The notes beneath the pieces were generated by a model. That model saw only the letters and a program-made list of their open reading frames with translations. It was not told the DNA's origin and did no database searches. From the NCBI GenBank assembly GCA_965221125.1, contig CBDCRW010000006.1:288001-352000 (forward strand): a DNA stretch of 64,000 nt, read 5' to 3'. The position numbers and the translations under genes were made by a program. Origin of the DNA: Alphaproteobacteria bacterium. GTDB taxonomy: Bacteria > Pseudomonadota > Alphaproteobacteria > UBA828. The first letter of the stretch is position 1. Each line of letters opens with the position of its first letter. This document shows positions 1 to 9,421 of the stretch, in pieces.

Positions 1-733
1 AGCGCGCGATATCGGCCCACTGGTCGTCGCCGTGCCGCACCAGCGGCCCGAGCGGCTCCTTCGAGATGATCTCCGGGTAGATCGCGTGCGCGCCCGGCTC
101 GTCGAAGGTCGATTTCGTCGCCGCCAGGCCCGAGACATCGGTGGTGTAGACGTCGCAGCGCTCGGCTTCGTACGCCGCGCGCGCCTCGGCGTTGGTCTCG
201 AGCGGCACCGGCTCGTAGGAGATGCCGTGGACGCGGAAGAAGTCCGCGAGATTGAGCTCGGTGGTGGTGCCGGTCTGGATGCAGATCGAGGCGCCGTCGA
301 GCTCGGTGGCGCTTTCCACGCCGAGGTCGGTGCGGCCCAGAAAACCCTGGCCGTCGTAGTAGTTGATGCCGACGAAGGTGAAGCCGAGGTCGACGTCGCG
401 CGAGAAGGTCCAGGTCGTGTTGCGCGAGAGGATGTCGACCTCGCCGGACGCCAGCGCCGGGAAGCGGGTCTTGCCCGTGAGCGTGACGAAGGAGACCTTC
501 TCCGCGTCGCCCAGGACGGCGGCTGCGAGCGCGCGGCAATAGGCGGCCTCGAAGCCGGACCAGCGGCCCGTGTCGTCGGTGTGGGAAAAGCCGGGCAGGC
601 CCGGATTGATGCCGCATCTGAGCCGGCCGTCGGCCCGCACGTCGTCGAGCGTTGCCGCCTGGGCCGGAAGCCCCGCCGCAATCGTCAGCGTGCCGGCCAC
701 CGCGAAGGCGATGGCGAGTTTCATGAGGCTCAT
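1..733 (-). CDS. aapJ: General L-amino acid ABC transporter substrate-binding protein (AapJ/BztA type), truncated by window edge
   Basis: Not in the ORF track. Manual translation from ATG 733 (RBS GAGGAG) gives MSLMKLAIAFAVAG... signal peptide, then TLDDVRADGRLRCGINPGLPGFS, CRALAAAVLGD, RFPALASGEVDILSRNTTWTFSRD and NYYDGQGF, typical of AapJ. Confidence 0.9.
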   Translation of the reverse strand, partial: MSLMKLAIAFAVAGTLTIAAGLPAQAATLDDVRADGRLRCGINPGLPGFSHTDDTGRWSGFEAAYCRALAAAVLGDAEKVSFVTLTGKTRFPALASGEVDILSRNTTWTFSRDVDLGFTFVGINYYDGQGFLGRTDLGVESATELDGASICIQTGTTTELNLADFFRVHGISYEPVPLETNAEARAAYEAERCDVYTTDVSGLAATKSTFDEPGAHAIYPEIISKEPLGPLVRHGDDQWADIAR

Positions 734-790
734 CCGTCTCCTCTGAGATCCCGTGAATCGGGTCGCGGCTCCATTTCTATAGACCCGGCT

Positions 791-860
791 CATCCAGATA
801 ACCAATGAGTAATGGTTCTGGATGTCCACGTCATATGCTTATGTCGAACGAACATATGCT
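791..860. promoter_or_regulatory. Candidate operator region in the divergent aapJ / monooxygenase-beta promoter
   Basis: Imperfect dyad CATCCAGA(TA)ACCA...TGGTTCTGGATG (791-824), TATGT-N7-ACATA (840-856), and CATATGCT repeated 21 bp apart (832, 853) in an AT-richer patch. Confidence 0.4.
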
Positions 861-978
861 GCTTCGTCATGATCGCCCGCGGGAGCGGCCTTGCGCGCGT
901 CCGGGCGGCCAGAGACAATCGCCGCGCCCGGCGCGAAGCCCTGCGCCATGCGCGCCCACACGGGGATGGGACCGCTCC

Positions 979-1971
979 ATGAGCGATCGATCCGACCTCT
1001 CGAAGCCGCTGAAGACCTGGAGCCACCTCGCCGGCAAGCGGCGGCGGCCGAGCGAATACGAGATCGTCTCGACCAACCTCCTGTGGAGCACCGACGACGA
1101 GATGCCCTGGGCGCTCTCGCCCGACATCGACATGAACAAGTGGTATCTCCGCTACCGCAACAACTCGCCGCTCAGGCACGAGGACTGGGACGCCTTTCGC
1201 GATCCCGACGAGGTGGTCTACCGCTCCTACAACGTCATGCAGGACGGGCACGAGACCTACGTGGACGGCCTGCTCCGCGATCACCCGAGGAACGCCCACG
1301 ACGCAGGCCTCGGCGCCCATTGGGTGGCGGCGCTGGCGCGGCTCTACACGCCCACGCGCTATCCGCTCCACTGCCTGCAGATGGGCTCGGCCTACCTGGT
1401 GCAGATCGTGCCGGCGAGCACCATCGAGAACTGCGCGATGTTCCAGGCGGCCGACCAGCTCCGCTGGGTCTCGCGCGTCGCCTATCGCACGAAGGAGCTC
1501 GCCAACGCCCACGCCGGCGCGGGCTTCGTCACGGGCGAGCGCAAGGCGTGGGAGGAGGACGCCTGCTGGCAGGGCTTTCGCGCGCTGCTGGAGCAGGTCC
1601 TTGTGGCCTACGACTGGGCGGAGCATTTCGTCGCGCTCAACGTCGTCGCTAAGCCTGCGTTCGACGAGGCATGCATTCGCCAGTTGGGCCACGCGGCACG
1701 GGGCGAGGGCGACACCCTGCTCGCGCAGATGCTGGACGCCCAGTGGGACGACAGCGAGCGCGCCCGCCGCTGGACCGCCGCCCTCGTCGACTTCGCGGGC
1801 GAGACGGAGGGCAATGCGGCCGTGATGGCGGACTGGGTCGCCACGTGGGCGCCGCGCGGCGATGCCGCCGTCGATGCCTACTGCGCCGCTCTGCCGGCGG
1901 GCGCGGATGCCGCCGAGGGGGCGAAAGACGCGGCGCGCGACTTCCGCGCCTCGCTCGGCTTCGCGGCCTGA
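979..1971 (+). CDS. Soluble di-iron monooxygenase hydroxylase beta subunit (TmoE/TouE/IsoE-like)
   Basis: From ATG 979: KPLKTWSHLAGKRRRPSEYEIVS...PWALSPD..MNKWYLRYRNNSPLRHEDWDAFRDPDEVVYRSYNVMQDGHETYV, and YDWAEHFVALNVVAKPAFDE. These closely follow the toluene-4-monooxygenase beta subunit. No DExRH iron motifs. Confidence 0.9.
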   Translation: MSDRSDLSKPLKTWSHLAGKRRRPSEYEIVSTNLLWSTDDEMPWALSPDIDMNKWYLRYRNNSPLRHEDWDAFRDPDEVVYRSYNVMQDGHETYVDGLLRDHPRNAHDAGLGAHWVAALARLYTPTRYPLHCLQMGSAYLVQIVPASTIENCAMFQAADQLRWVSRVAYRTKELANAHAGAGFVTGERKAWEEDACWQGFRALLEQVLVAYDWAEHFVALNVVAKPAFDEACIRQLGHAARGEGDTLLAQMLDAQWDDSERARRWTAALVDFAGETEGNAAVMADWVATWAPRGDAAVDAYCAALPAGADAAEGAKDAARDFRASLGFAA

Positions 1972-2009
1972 GGCGCGGCGGGCCCGCACAGCACTCTCGG
2001 AGGATGGAC

Positions 2010-3209
2010 ATGCGCAAGGTGACGATCGGCGGCACGGGAATGACCCGGTTCGGCAAGTTCCTGGATACCAACCTGCGCGCGCTGGCCGCCGAGGCGGCGA
2101 CGGCGGCGCTCGCCGACGCGGACACGGAGGCCGACGAGGTCGGCATGGTCTTCTTCGGCAACGCGGCGGGCGGGCTGCTCGGCGCGCAGGAATGCGTGCG
2201 CGGCCAGGTCGCGCTGCGCCACGCCGGGCTGCTCGGCAAGCCCATCGTCAACGTGGAGAACGCCTGCGCCTCGTCGTCCACCGCGTTTCATCTGGCGGTG
2301 CTCGCGGTGGGCTCCGGCCAGTGCGACGTGGCGCTCGCGGTGGGCACCGAGAAGATGAGCAACGAGGACCGGAGCGTGCCGCTCAAGGCGCTGGAGGCGG
2401 CGGCGGACCGTGACGAGTTCGAGGCGCTGAAGAAGCGGATCGCGCCGGGCGGCGCCGGCACGGGCTCGGTCTTCATGGACCTCTACTCGAGCCTCGCGCG
2501 CGACTATGCGGAGCGCACCGGCACGACGCCCGCCGATTACGCCCGTGTCTCGGTCAAGCAGCGCCGCGCCGGGGCGCTCAACGAGAAGGCGCAGTTCCAG
2601 GAGGAGGTCACCGTCCACGACGTGCTGGAGAGCCGCATGATCGCCGAGCCGCTCACGCTCATGATGTGCTCGCCCATCGGCGACGGCGCCGCGGCGCTGG
2701 TGCTGATGAGCGAGGACTGCGCCCGGCGCAAGGCGGTGCACCCGGTGAGCGTGCTGGCGAGCGAGCTGCGCTCCGGCCAGGGCGACGACCCCGAGGCGCC
2801 GCCGGTGGCTCAGGTCGCGGCGCAGGCGGCCTACGAGGCGGCGGGGCTCGGGCCTGAGGACATCAGCGTCGCCGAGATCCACGACGCCGCGGCGCCGGCG
2901 GAGTTCATGCTCTCGGAGCAACTGGGCTTCTGCCGCCCCGGCGATGCCGTCGGGCTGCTCAGGGACGGCGTGACGGCGTTGGGCGGGCGCATGCCGATCA
3001 ACCCGAGCGGCGGGCTCATCAGCAAGGGCCACCCCGTGGGCGCAACCGGCGCCGCGCAGCTCGTGGAACTGGCGGACCAGATGCGCGGCCGCTCGGGCGC
3101 GCGCCAGCGGGACGGCGCACGCGTCGGCCTCGCCGAGAACGCCGGCGGCTGGATCGGCGCGGACGCCGCCGCCGCCTGCGTGACCATCCTGGGCTCGACC
3201 CAGCACTGA
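2010..3209 (+). CDS. Thiolase family protein (SCP2-thiolase-like)
   Basis: RBS GGAGG at 1999-2003; GMTRFGK, NVENACASSSTA (catalytic Cys), EIHDA, INPSGGLISKGHPVGATG. Confidence 0.9.
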   Translation: MRKVTIGGTGMTRFGKFLDTNLRALAAEAATAALADADTEADEVGMVFFGNAAGGLLGAQECVRGQVALRHAGLLGKPIVNVENACASSSTAFHLAVLAVGSGQCDVALAVGTEKMSNEDRSVPLKALEAAADRDEFEALKKRIAPGGAGTGSVFMDLYSSLARDYAERTGTTPADYARVSVKQRRAGALNEKAQFQEEVTVHDVLESRMIAEPLTLMMCSPIGDGAAALVLMSEDCARRKAVHPVSVLASELRSGQGDDPEAPPVAQVAAQAAYEAAGLGPEDISVAEIHDAAAPAEFMLSEQLGFCRPGDAVGLLRDGVTALGGRMPINPSGGLISKGHPVGATGAAQLVELADQMRGRSGARQRDGARVGLAENAGGWIGADAAAACVTILGSTQH

Positions 3210-3264
3210 CGTACGGGCCGCGCCGGGACTCGCGCGGCGACGCAAGCAATCCAGGGAGAGGGGC

Positions 3265-4047
3265 ATGAGCGAGAGCGCCGTGCTGGTCGAAACCGCGGGC
3301 AGCGCAGGGATCGTCACCGTCAACCGGCCGGAGCGGCTGAACGCGCTCGACCTGCCGACATGCCAGGCCCTCGACGACGCCGTGAACGAGGTGGAGGCGG
3401 ACGCGGCGGTGCGCGTGATCGTCATCACCGGCGCGGGCCGCGCGTTCGTCGCCGGCGGCGACATCGCCGACCTCGACTCGCGCCGGGGCCTCGCCCACTA
3501 CGAGGAGTTCGCGGAGCAGATCCACCGGCTGTTCCGCCGCATCGAGACGCTGGACAAGCCCACCATCGCTGCGGTCAACGGCTTCGCCCTCGGCGGCGGT
3601 GCGGAGCTGATGCTGTCGACCGACATCCGGCTGCTCTCGGCGAAGGCGAAGATCGGCGTGCCGGAAATCAATCTCGGGCTCTTCCCCGGCGCCGGCGGTA
3701 CGCAGCGCCTGATCCGCCAGATTCCCCTCTGCCGGGCCAAGGAGCTGATGTTCACCGGCCTGCCCATCGGGGCGGAGGAAGCGGTGGCGCTCGGCCTGGC
3801 CAACCGGGTCGTCGAGCCGGACGCGCTGATGGAGGAGGCGCTGGCGCTCGCCGAGGCCATCGCGCGCAAGTCGCCGCTCGCGCTCCGCTACCTCAAGCGC
3901 ACCATCGACGCCGGCGCCGACATGCCGCTGCCTGCGGCGCTCGCCCACGAGCAGGCGATGATCTCGCTGGTGCTCGACAGCGAGGATGCGCACGAGGGCT
4001 GCCGCGCGTTCCTGGAGAAGCGCGAGGCCCGGTTCAAGGGCGCCTGA
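3265..4047 (+). CDS. Enoyl-CoA hydratase/isomerase
   Basis: NRPERLNAL, AFVAGGDI, KPTIAAVNGFALGGGAEL, PEINLGLFPGAGGTQRL. Confidence 0.93.
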   Translation: MSESAVLVETAGSAGIVTVNRPERLNALDLPTCQALDDAVNEVEADAAVRVIVITGAGRAFVAGGDIADLDSRRGLAHYEEFAEQIHRLFRRIETLDKPTIAAVNGFALGGGAELMLSTDIRLLSAKAKIGVPEINLGLFPGAGGTQRLIRQIPLCRAKELMFTGLPIGAEEAVALGLANRVVEPDALMEEALALAEAIARKSPLALRYLKRTIDAGADMPLPAALAHEQAMISLVLDSEDAHEGCRAFLEKREARFKGA

Positions 4048-4050
4048 GCC

Positions 4051-5223
4051 ATGCAGGTGCAGCTCACCGAAGAGCAGGCGCTGATGCTGGAGACCGCGCG
4101 GCGCGTCGGCGCGGACTACGGCCTCGACTACTGGCGCGATCTCGACGAGCGCGGCGCCTATCCGAGCGAGATGTGGCAGGCGATCTGCGACGCGGGCTTC
4201 GGCGGCGTCGCGCTGCCCGAGGAGCACGGCGGCGCCGGGCTCGGGATGCTGGATCAGGCGCTGGTGATCGAGGCGCTCTGCGAATCGGGCGCGGGTGCCA
4301 CGCTCGCGCAAATCTTCATGGTGAACCCGATCTTCGGCGGCGTCGCCATCGCGCGCTATGGCACCGAGGCTATGCGCCGCGACCTGCTGCCGCCGCTCAT
4401 CGCAGGCGACATCGCCTGCTGCATGGCGCTCACCGAGCCGGACGCGGGCACGAATTCGCTTGAACTTCGCACTTTCGCCGAGGCCCACGGCAACGGCTGG
4501 CGGCTGAACGGGCGGAAGATCTGGATCTCGGCGGTGCCGACGGCGGACAAGATGCTGGTGATCGCCCGCACCAGGAAGGTCGAGGAGGCCGAGCGGCGCA
4601 CCGACGGCATCTCGCTCTTCCTCATCGACGTCGAGCGCGAGGGGCTCACACATTCCACCATCGAGAAGGCGGGCACCCGCTGCGTGCCGGCGAGCAACGT
4701 CTACTTCGAGGACACGCCGGTGGCCGGCGACGAGCTGATCGGCACGCTGCACGGCGGTTGGAAGGAGCTGCTCGACGTGCTCAACACCGAGCGCATCGTT
4801 ACCACCGCCGGCCTCGTCGGCACGGTGCGGCTCGCGCTGGGCCTCGCGATCGACTACGCCAACGAGCGCCGCGTCTTCGGCGAGCGGCCGATCTCGTCCT
4901 ACCAGGGCCTGCAGTTTCCGCTGGCGCAGGCGAAGGCGGAGATCGAGTGCGCCGCCGTGATGAACCACAAGGCCGCGGCCCTGCACGACGCAGGCCAGCC
5001 TTACGGCGCGGAGGCCAACATGGCGAAGCTCATCGCCGCCCAGGCGGCGGCGGAGGGGCTGGAGCGCGCGATGCAGACCATGGGCGGCATGGGCTACGCC
5101 AAGGAGATGCACCTGGAGCGTCTCTGGCGGGACGCACGGCTCTTCCGCTTCGCGCCGATCTCGGAGGAGATGATCCTCAACTACATCGCCGTCCACGACC
5201 TCGGCATGGCCCGGGGGTACTGA
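4051..5223 (+). CDS. Acyl-CoA dehydrogenase
   Basis: ALTEPDAGTN, LNGRKIWIS, LNTERI, RRVFG, MQTMGGMGY, ERLWRDAR. Confidence 0.93.
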   Translation: MQVQLTEEQALMLETARRVGADYGLDYWRDLDERGAYPSEMWQAICDAGFGGVALPEEHGGAGLGMLDQALVIEALCESGAGATLAQIFMVNPIFGGVAIARYGTEAMRRDLLPPLIAGDIACCMALTEPDAGTNSLELRTFAEAHGNGWRLNGRKIWISAVPTADKMLVIARTRKVEEAERRTDGISLFLIDVEREGLTHSTIEKAGTRCVPASNVYFEDTPVAGDELIGTLHGGWKELLDVLNTERIVTTAGLVGTVRLALGLAIDYANERRVFGERPISSYQGLQFPLAQAKAEIECAAVMNHKAAALHDAGQPYGAEANMAKLIAAQAAAEGLERAMQTMGGMGYAKEMHLERLWRDARLFRFAPISEEMILNYIAVHDLGMARGY

Positions 5224-5249
5224 GGCAGCCGGTCAGGCGCGTCCGCCCC

Positions 5250-6113
5250 TTACCGATACTTCTCCAGGAACGGGCCGACGGCGGCGTGGTAGCCCTCCGG
5301 GTTCTCCCAGAAGGGCATGTGGGCGCAGCCGGGGAAGAACGCGTACTCCGAGTTCGGCAGGTACTGGCAGGAGACGGCGCAGAGCTCCGGCAGGACGTAG
5401 TCGTGCTCGCTGGCGACGATGAGCACAGGCGCCGTCACGCGGTGCAGGTCGCCCACGCGGTCGAACCAGCGGAGCGTGCCGGTGCAGTTGAAGAGGTGCG
5501 GCCCGAACATGCGCCGGAGCGGGCCGTAGCCGATATCGGTGAGGGACGTCTGCACCGGCTCGGGCCAGGTCTCCATCCGGCACATGTGCCGGTAGAGCAT
5601 CATGGTCACCGCCGCCTGGTATTCCGGGTGCTCGGTGGTGCCTTCGGATTCGCGGCGCGACATCATGAGCACCGTCTCGTCGCCCAGGTTCTGCTTGCAG
5701 CGGAGGAAGCCGGCCTGAACCTCGCGGAAGTCGAAGGCGATGCTGCTGGCGACGAAGCACTTCACGTTGTCGGCGTGGGCGAGACAGTACTCGAGGCCGA
5801 GCATGCCGCCCCACGAGTTGCCGACCACGCTGACGCGGCCGAGGCCGAGGGCGCTGCGCACGGTCTCCATCTCTTCCACGTAGCGCTCCACGGTCCAGAG
5901 CGAGTCGTCGTCCGGCCGGTCGGATTCGCCGCAGCCGAGCTGATCCCACGAGACGACGCGGTATCCCTGCGCGGCGTAGCAGAGGTGGGCGTCCCGCACG
6001 TAGTTGCACGGCACGCCGGGCCCGCCGTGGACCACCAGGATCACGTCGTCGCCCGCGCCCTCGCTGTACGCGGTGACGGTATGGCCGTCCACAGCTACCG
6101 GAATGCGCTCCAT
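5250..6113 (-). CDS. Proline iminopeptidase-family alpha/beta hydrolase
   Basis: HGGPG, WDQLGCGESD, GNSWGG nucleophile motif, C-terminal HMPFWE. Confidence 0.88.
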   Translation of the reverse strand: MERIPVAVDGHTVTAYSEGAGDDVILVVHGGPGVPCNYVRDAHLCYAAQGYRVVSWDQLGCGESDRPDDDSLWTVERYVEEMETVRSALGLGRVSVVGNSWGGMLGLEYCLAHADNVKCFVASSIAFDFREVQAGFLRCKQNLGDETVLMMSRRESEGTTEHPEYQAAVTMMLYRHMCRMETWPEPVQTSLTDIGYGPLRRMFGPHLFNCTGTLRWFDRVGDLHRVTAPVLIVASEHDYVLPELCAVSCQYLPNSEYAFFPGCAHMPFWENPEGYHAAVGPFLEKYR

Positions 6114-6180
6114 GTCATCCTCCCGTTCCGCAGCCAGCGGCGCCCCGTGCTACGCTCGGCCGCCACCGGGGGAGCAGGCC

Positions 6181-7008
6181 GTGCGCGCAGCGTTCATCGA
6201 CATCGACGGTACTCGCACACGCTACCTTTATGAAGGGAGCGCGGACGAAACCCTGCTGCTCGTCCACGGCTTCGGGCTGAGCGCCGATATATGGGCGCAC
6301 GTGCTCGACCCGCTGGCGGCGCATTTTTCGGTGTACGCGCCGGACATCCTCGGCCACGGTTTCACCGACTTCAAGGAGCCGGGCGGCGAGCCCGCGCCGC
6401 TGGTCATGACGCGGCACCTCGAAGGCTTCATGGACGCGGTGGGGATCGAACGCTGCGCCGTGCTCGGCAGCTCGCTGGGCGGCCTGCTGGCGCCGCTGCT
6501 CTACGCCGCGCGCCCGGAGAGCGTCACCGCGCTCATCATCGACGGGCTGCACACGCCGGTCTCCGATTCAGGGACGCTGCCGCCGGAGACGATCCGCGCG
6601 ACCATGACGAACGGCACCACGGCGATGACCGACGTGACCTGGCAATCCTGCATCGAGCGCATGGGCCGCATCTGCCACGATCCGGCGCGCTCGCCCGCCG
6701 ACATCGCGCTGATGCAGGTCACGGTCTACGCCCAGCCGGACCGGCTTTCCTCCTACCTCGCCTACGGCCAGAGCATGATCGACCACGTGGACGACGAGGC
6801 CGTGCGCATGCGGCCCGAGACCATCGCGGTGCCGACGCTCTTCCTCAGCGGGCGGCAGGACATCCGCGCGCCCATCGAGGTGATCGAGAAGAATTACCGG
6901 CGCGTCCCCGGCGCCCGGCTCAGCGTGTTCGAGGACTGCGGCCACCTGCCCGAGGTGGAGCATCCCGAGAAATTCGTCGAGACGGTGACGGCCTTCCTGC
7001 GGTCGTGA
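6181..7008 (+). CDS. Alpha/beta-fold hydrolase (meta-cleavage product hydrolase-like)
   Basis: GTG 6181 after GGGGAG; LLVHGFG, APDILGHGFT, GSSLGG, G.QD, CGHLPEVEHP. Confidence 0.85.
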   Translation: MRAAFIDIDGTRTRYLYEGSADETLLLVHGFGLSADIWAHVLDPLAAHFSVYAPDILGHGFTDFKEPGGEPAPLVMTRHLEGFMDAVGIERCAVLGSSLGGLLAPLLYAARPESVTALIIDGLHTPVSDSGTLPPETIRATMTNGTTAMTDVTWQSCIERMGRICHDPARSPADIALMQVTVYAQPDRLSSYLAYGQSMIDHVDDEAVRMRPETIAVPTLFLSGRQDIRAPIEVIEKNYRRVPGARLSVFEDCGHLPEVEHPEKFVETVTAFLRS

Positions 7009-7032
7009 GGCTTTGGGCGGTGTGCGGTGCCC

Positions 7033-8196
7033 CTACTCCGCCGCCGCGCGTGCCGGCGCCGGGATATCGAGGTTGAAGAGGCGGGCGCAGTTGAGCCCCA
7101 CCACGTTCGCCTTGGTCTCCTCGTCGACGTTGGCGAGCACGCGCTCCAGAATTCGGTGGGTGTTTGGGAAGGTGTTGCGCGGGTGCGGGAAGTCCGAACC
7201 CCACATGACCTGCGTGGGGCCCGCGACATCGAAAGCGCGGTCCGCGAACCTGTCGTCCACGAAGGTGTGCCAGACCTGTGTCTGAAGATACTCCTCGACC
7301 GGTTTCTTGATCGGCGCGATCTTGAGCGACTGTCCGAGCGCCCCCTGGATCTGCTGTATCCGGAACAGGAACCACGGCACCCAGGAGACTTCGTATTCCC
7401 CGAGGATGATCTTGAGCTTGGGGAAGCGATCGAAGATGCCGCCGAAGATGAACTCGTTGGCGAGGATCGGGCCCACGTCGGAGAAGACCTCGATCATCAT
7501 CCTCGCGATCTGATCGCGCTCGTGTTCGTGCACGATGGTGAAGGGATCGCGCACCTGCCCGGTGATGATGTGGAGCGTGATCGGCATGTCGAGATCGACC
7601 GAGGCCGCCCACAGCGGGTCGTAGTAGCGATCGCGGTAAGGCGGCATGTGGGGCTTCACATCGGTGTAGATGCAAACCGTGCGGATGCCCTTCCTCGCCA
7701 GGCGCTGCATTTCGGCGACCGCCCAGTCCACGTCGTCGGTCGGTAGCATGGCCGCCGCCAGCAGGCGCTTCGGGTCATGGCTGCAGTGCTCGGCGATCCA
7801 GTCGTTGTAGACCGTGCAGACATCCTGGAGCAGAGGCGGGTGGGCGATCCGCATGCTGAACAGCAGGAAGCTCGAATTGATGACCTCGGCGGAGACGCCG
7901 TCCATGTCCATCAATGCAAGCCTGAGCCCGGGGTCGCCGCTGCAGCGGTTTACCTTGTCGAGCAGGTCGGGTTCCAGAGGCACGGAGTCCTGGGTTGAAT
8001 CCTCGGCCTCCTCGGGCTCGACATTGTCGAGATCGATGTACTCGTGGCCGAGGTAGAAGTAGGTGCCGGGCACGCCCTCGCACTCGTTGACCAGACGCGG
8101 CACCTTGTCGCCCCACTTGGCGCTGAGCGCCTTTTCCCAGAGATCGAAGGGCTCGAAGATGTGGGAATCCGCCGAGACGACGTAGTTCAGCGTCAT
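7033..8196 (-). CDS. Amidohydrolase_2 family protein (paralog 1)
   Basis: VSADSHIFEP, YNDWIAEHCS, ITLH, MWGSDFPH; 387 aa. Confidence 0.88.
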   Translation of the reverse strand: MTLNYVVSADSHIFEPFDLWEKALSAKWGDKVPRLVNECEGVPGTYFYLGHEYIDLDNVEPEEAEDSTQDSVPLEPDLLDKVNRCSGDPGLRLALMDMDGVSAEVINSSFLLFSMRIAHPPLLQDVCTVYNDWIAEHCSHDPKRLLAAAMLPTDDVDWAVAEMQRLARKGIRTVCIYTDVKPHMPPYRDRYYDPLWAASVDLDMPITLHIITGQVRDPFTIVHEHERDQIARMMIEVFSDVGPILANEFIFGGIFDRFPKLKIILGEYEVSWVPWFLFRIQQIQGALGQSLKIAPIKKPVEEYLQTQVWHTFVDDRFADRAFDVAGPTQVMWGSDFPHPRNTFPNTHRILERVLANVDEETKANVVGLNCARLFNLDIPAPARAAAE

Positions 8197-8229
8197 TGTC
8201 AGCCTCCTTCGTGCGCAGGGCCGACCCGA

Positions 8230-9393
8230 TTACTCCGCCGCTGCGCGCGCCGGGGCGGGCATGTCGAGGTTGAAGAGGCGGGCGCAGTTGAGCCCCACCA
8301 CGTTCGCCTTTGTCTCCTCGTCGACGTTGGCGAGCACGCGATTCAGCACCTCGTGGCTGTGGGGGAAGGTGTTGCGCGGGTGCGGGAAGTCCGAGCCCCA
8401 CATGACCTGCGTCGGGCCCGCGACATCGAACGCGCGGTCGGCGAACTTGTCGTCCACGAAGGTGTGCCAGACCTGGGTGTGCAGGTACTCCTGCACCGGC
8501 TTCTTGGCGGGCGTGACCTTGAGCGACTGCGCCACCGCCCCCTGAAGCTGCTGGGTGCGGAAGAGGAACCAGGGCAGCCAGCAGATCTCGTACTCGCCGA
8601 GGATCAGCTTCAGCCTGGGGTGGCGGTCGAAGATGCCGCCGAAGATGAACTCGTTGGCGAGGATGGGGCCTGCGTCGGAGAAAAGCTCGAGCCAGAGCCG
8701 CGCCACGTCGCCGCGCTCGTGCTCGTGGATGATGGTGAAGGGGTCGCGCACCTGGCCGGCCACGATGTGAATCGTGATCGGCATGTCGAGATCGGCCGCC
8801 GCCGCCCACAGCCGGTCGTAGTAGGGGTCGCGGTAGGGCGGCATGTGGGGCTTCACGTCGGTGTAGATGAAGACCGTGCGCACGCCCTTCTTCGCCAGCC
8901 GCTCCAGCTCGGCGACGGCCCAGTCGACATCGTCCGGCGGCAGCATGCCGGACGCGAGCAGGCGCTTCGGGTCGTGGCTGCAGTACTCGACGATCCAGTC
9001 GTTATAGACCTGGCAGGCGTCCTGCACGAGCTGCGGATGCTGGATGCGCATGCAGAGCAGCGCGAAGGTCGAGTTGACGATCTCGGCGTGTACGCCGTCC
9101 ATCTCCATCAGCTCGAGGCGGAGCGCCGGGTCCGAATTGGAGCGGTTCACCTTGTCGGCGAGCTCGGGATCCATGGCCGAGGATTCCTCGGTGGAGTCCG
9201 CCGCGTCCTCCGGCTCGACCACGCCGAGGTCGATGTAGTCGTGGCCGAAGAAGTAGTAGCTGCCGGGCAGACCCTGGTATTCGCTGACCACGCGCGGCAC
9301 CTTGTCGCCCCACTTCTTGCCGAGCGCCTTCTCCCACAGGTCGAGCGGCTCGATGATGTGGGAATCGGCGGAAATCACGTAGTCCAGGCTCAT
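8230..9393 (-). CDS. Amidohydrolase_2 family protein (paralog 2)
   Basis: ATG 9393 (MSLDYVISADSH) after AGAGG; same length (387 aa) and motifs as paralog 1. Confidence 0.88.
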   Translation of the reverse strand: MSLDYVISADSHIIEPLDLWEKALGKKWGDKVPRVVSEYQGLPGSYYFFGHDYIDLGVVEPEDAADSTEESSAMDPELADKVNRSNSDPALRLELMEMDGVHAEIVNSTFALLCMRIQHPQLVQDACQVYNDWIVEYCSHDPKRLLASGMLPPDDVDWAVAELERLAKKGVRTVFIYTDVKPHMPPYRDPYYDRLWAAAADLDMPITIHIVAGQVRDPFTIIHEHERGDVARLWLELFSDAGPILANEFIFGGIFDRHPRLKLILGEYEICWLPWFLFRTQQLQGAVAQSLKVTPAKKPVQEYLHTQVWHTFVDDKFADRAFDVAGPTQVMWGSDFPHPRNTFPHSHEVLNRVLANVDEETKANVVGLNCARLFNLDMPAPARAAAE

Positions 9394-9421
9394 CGTCGCA
9401 CCTCTCTGGTGGGCCGGGGGC

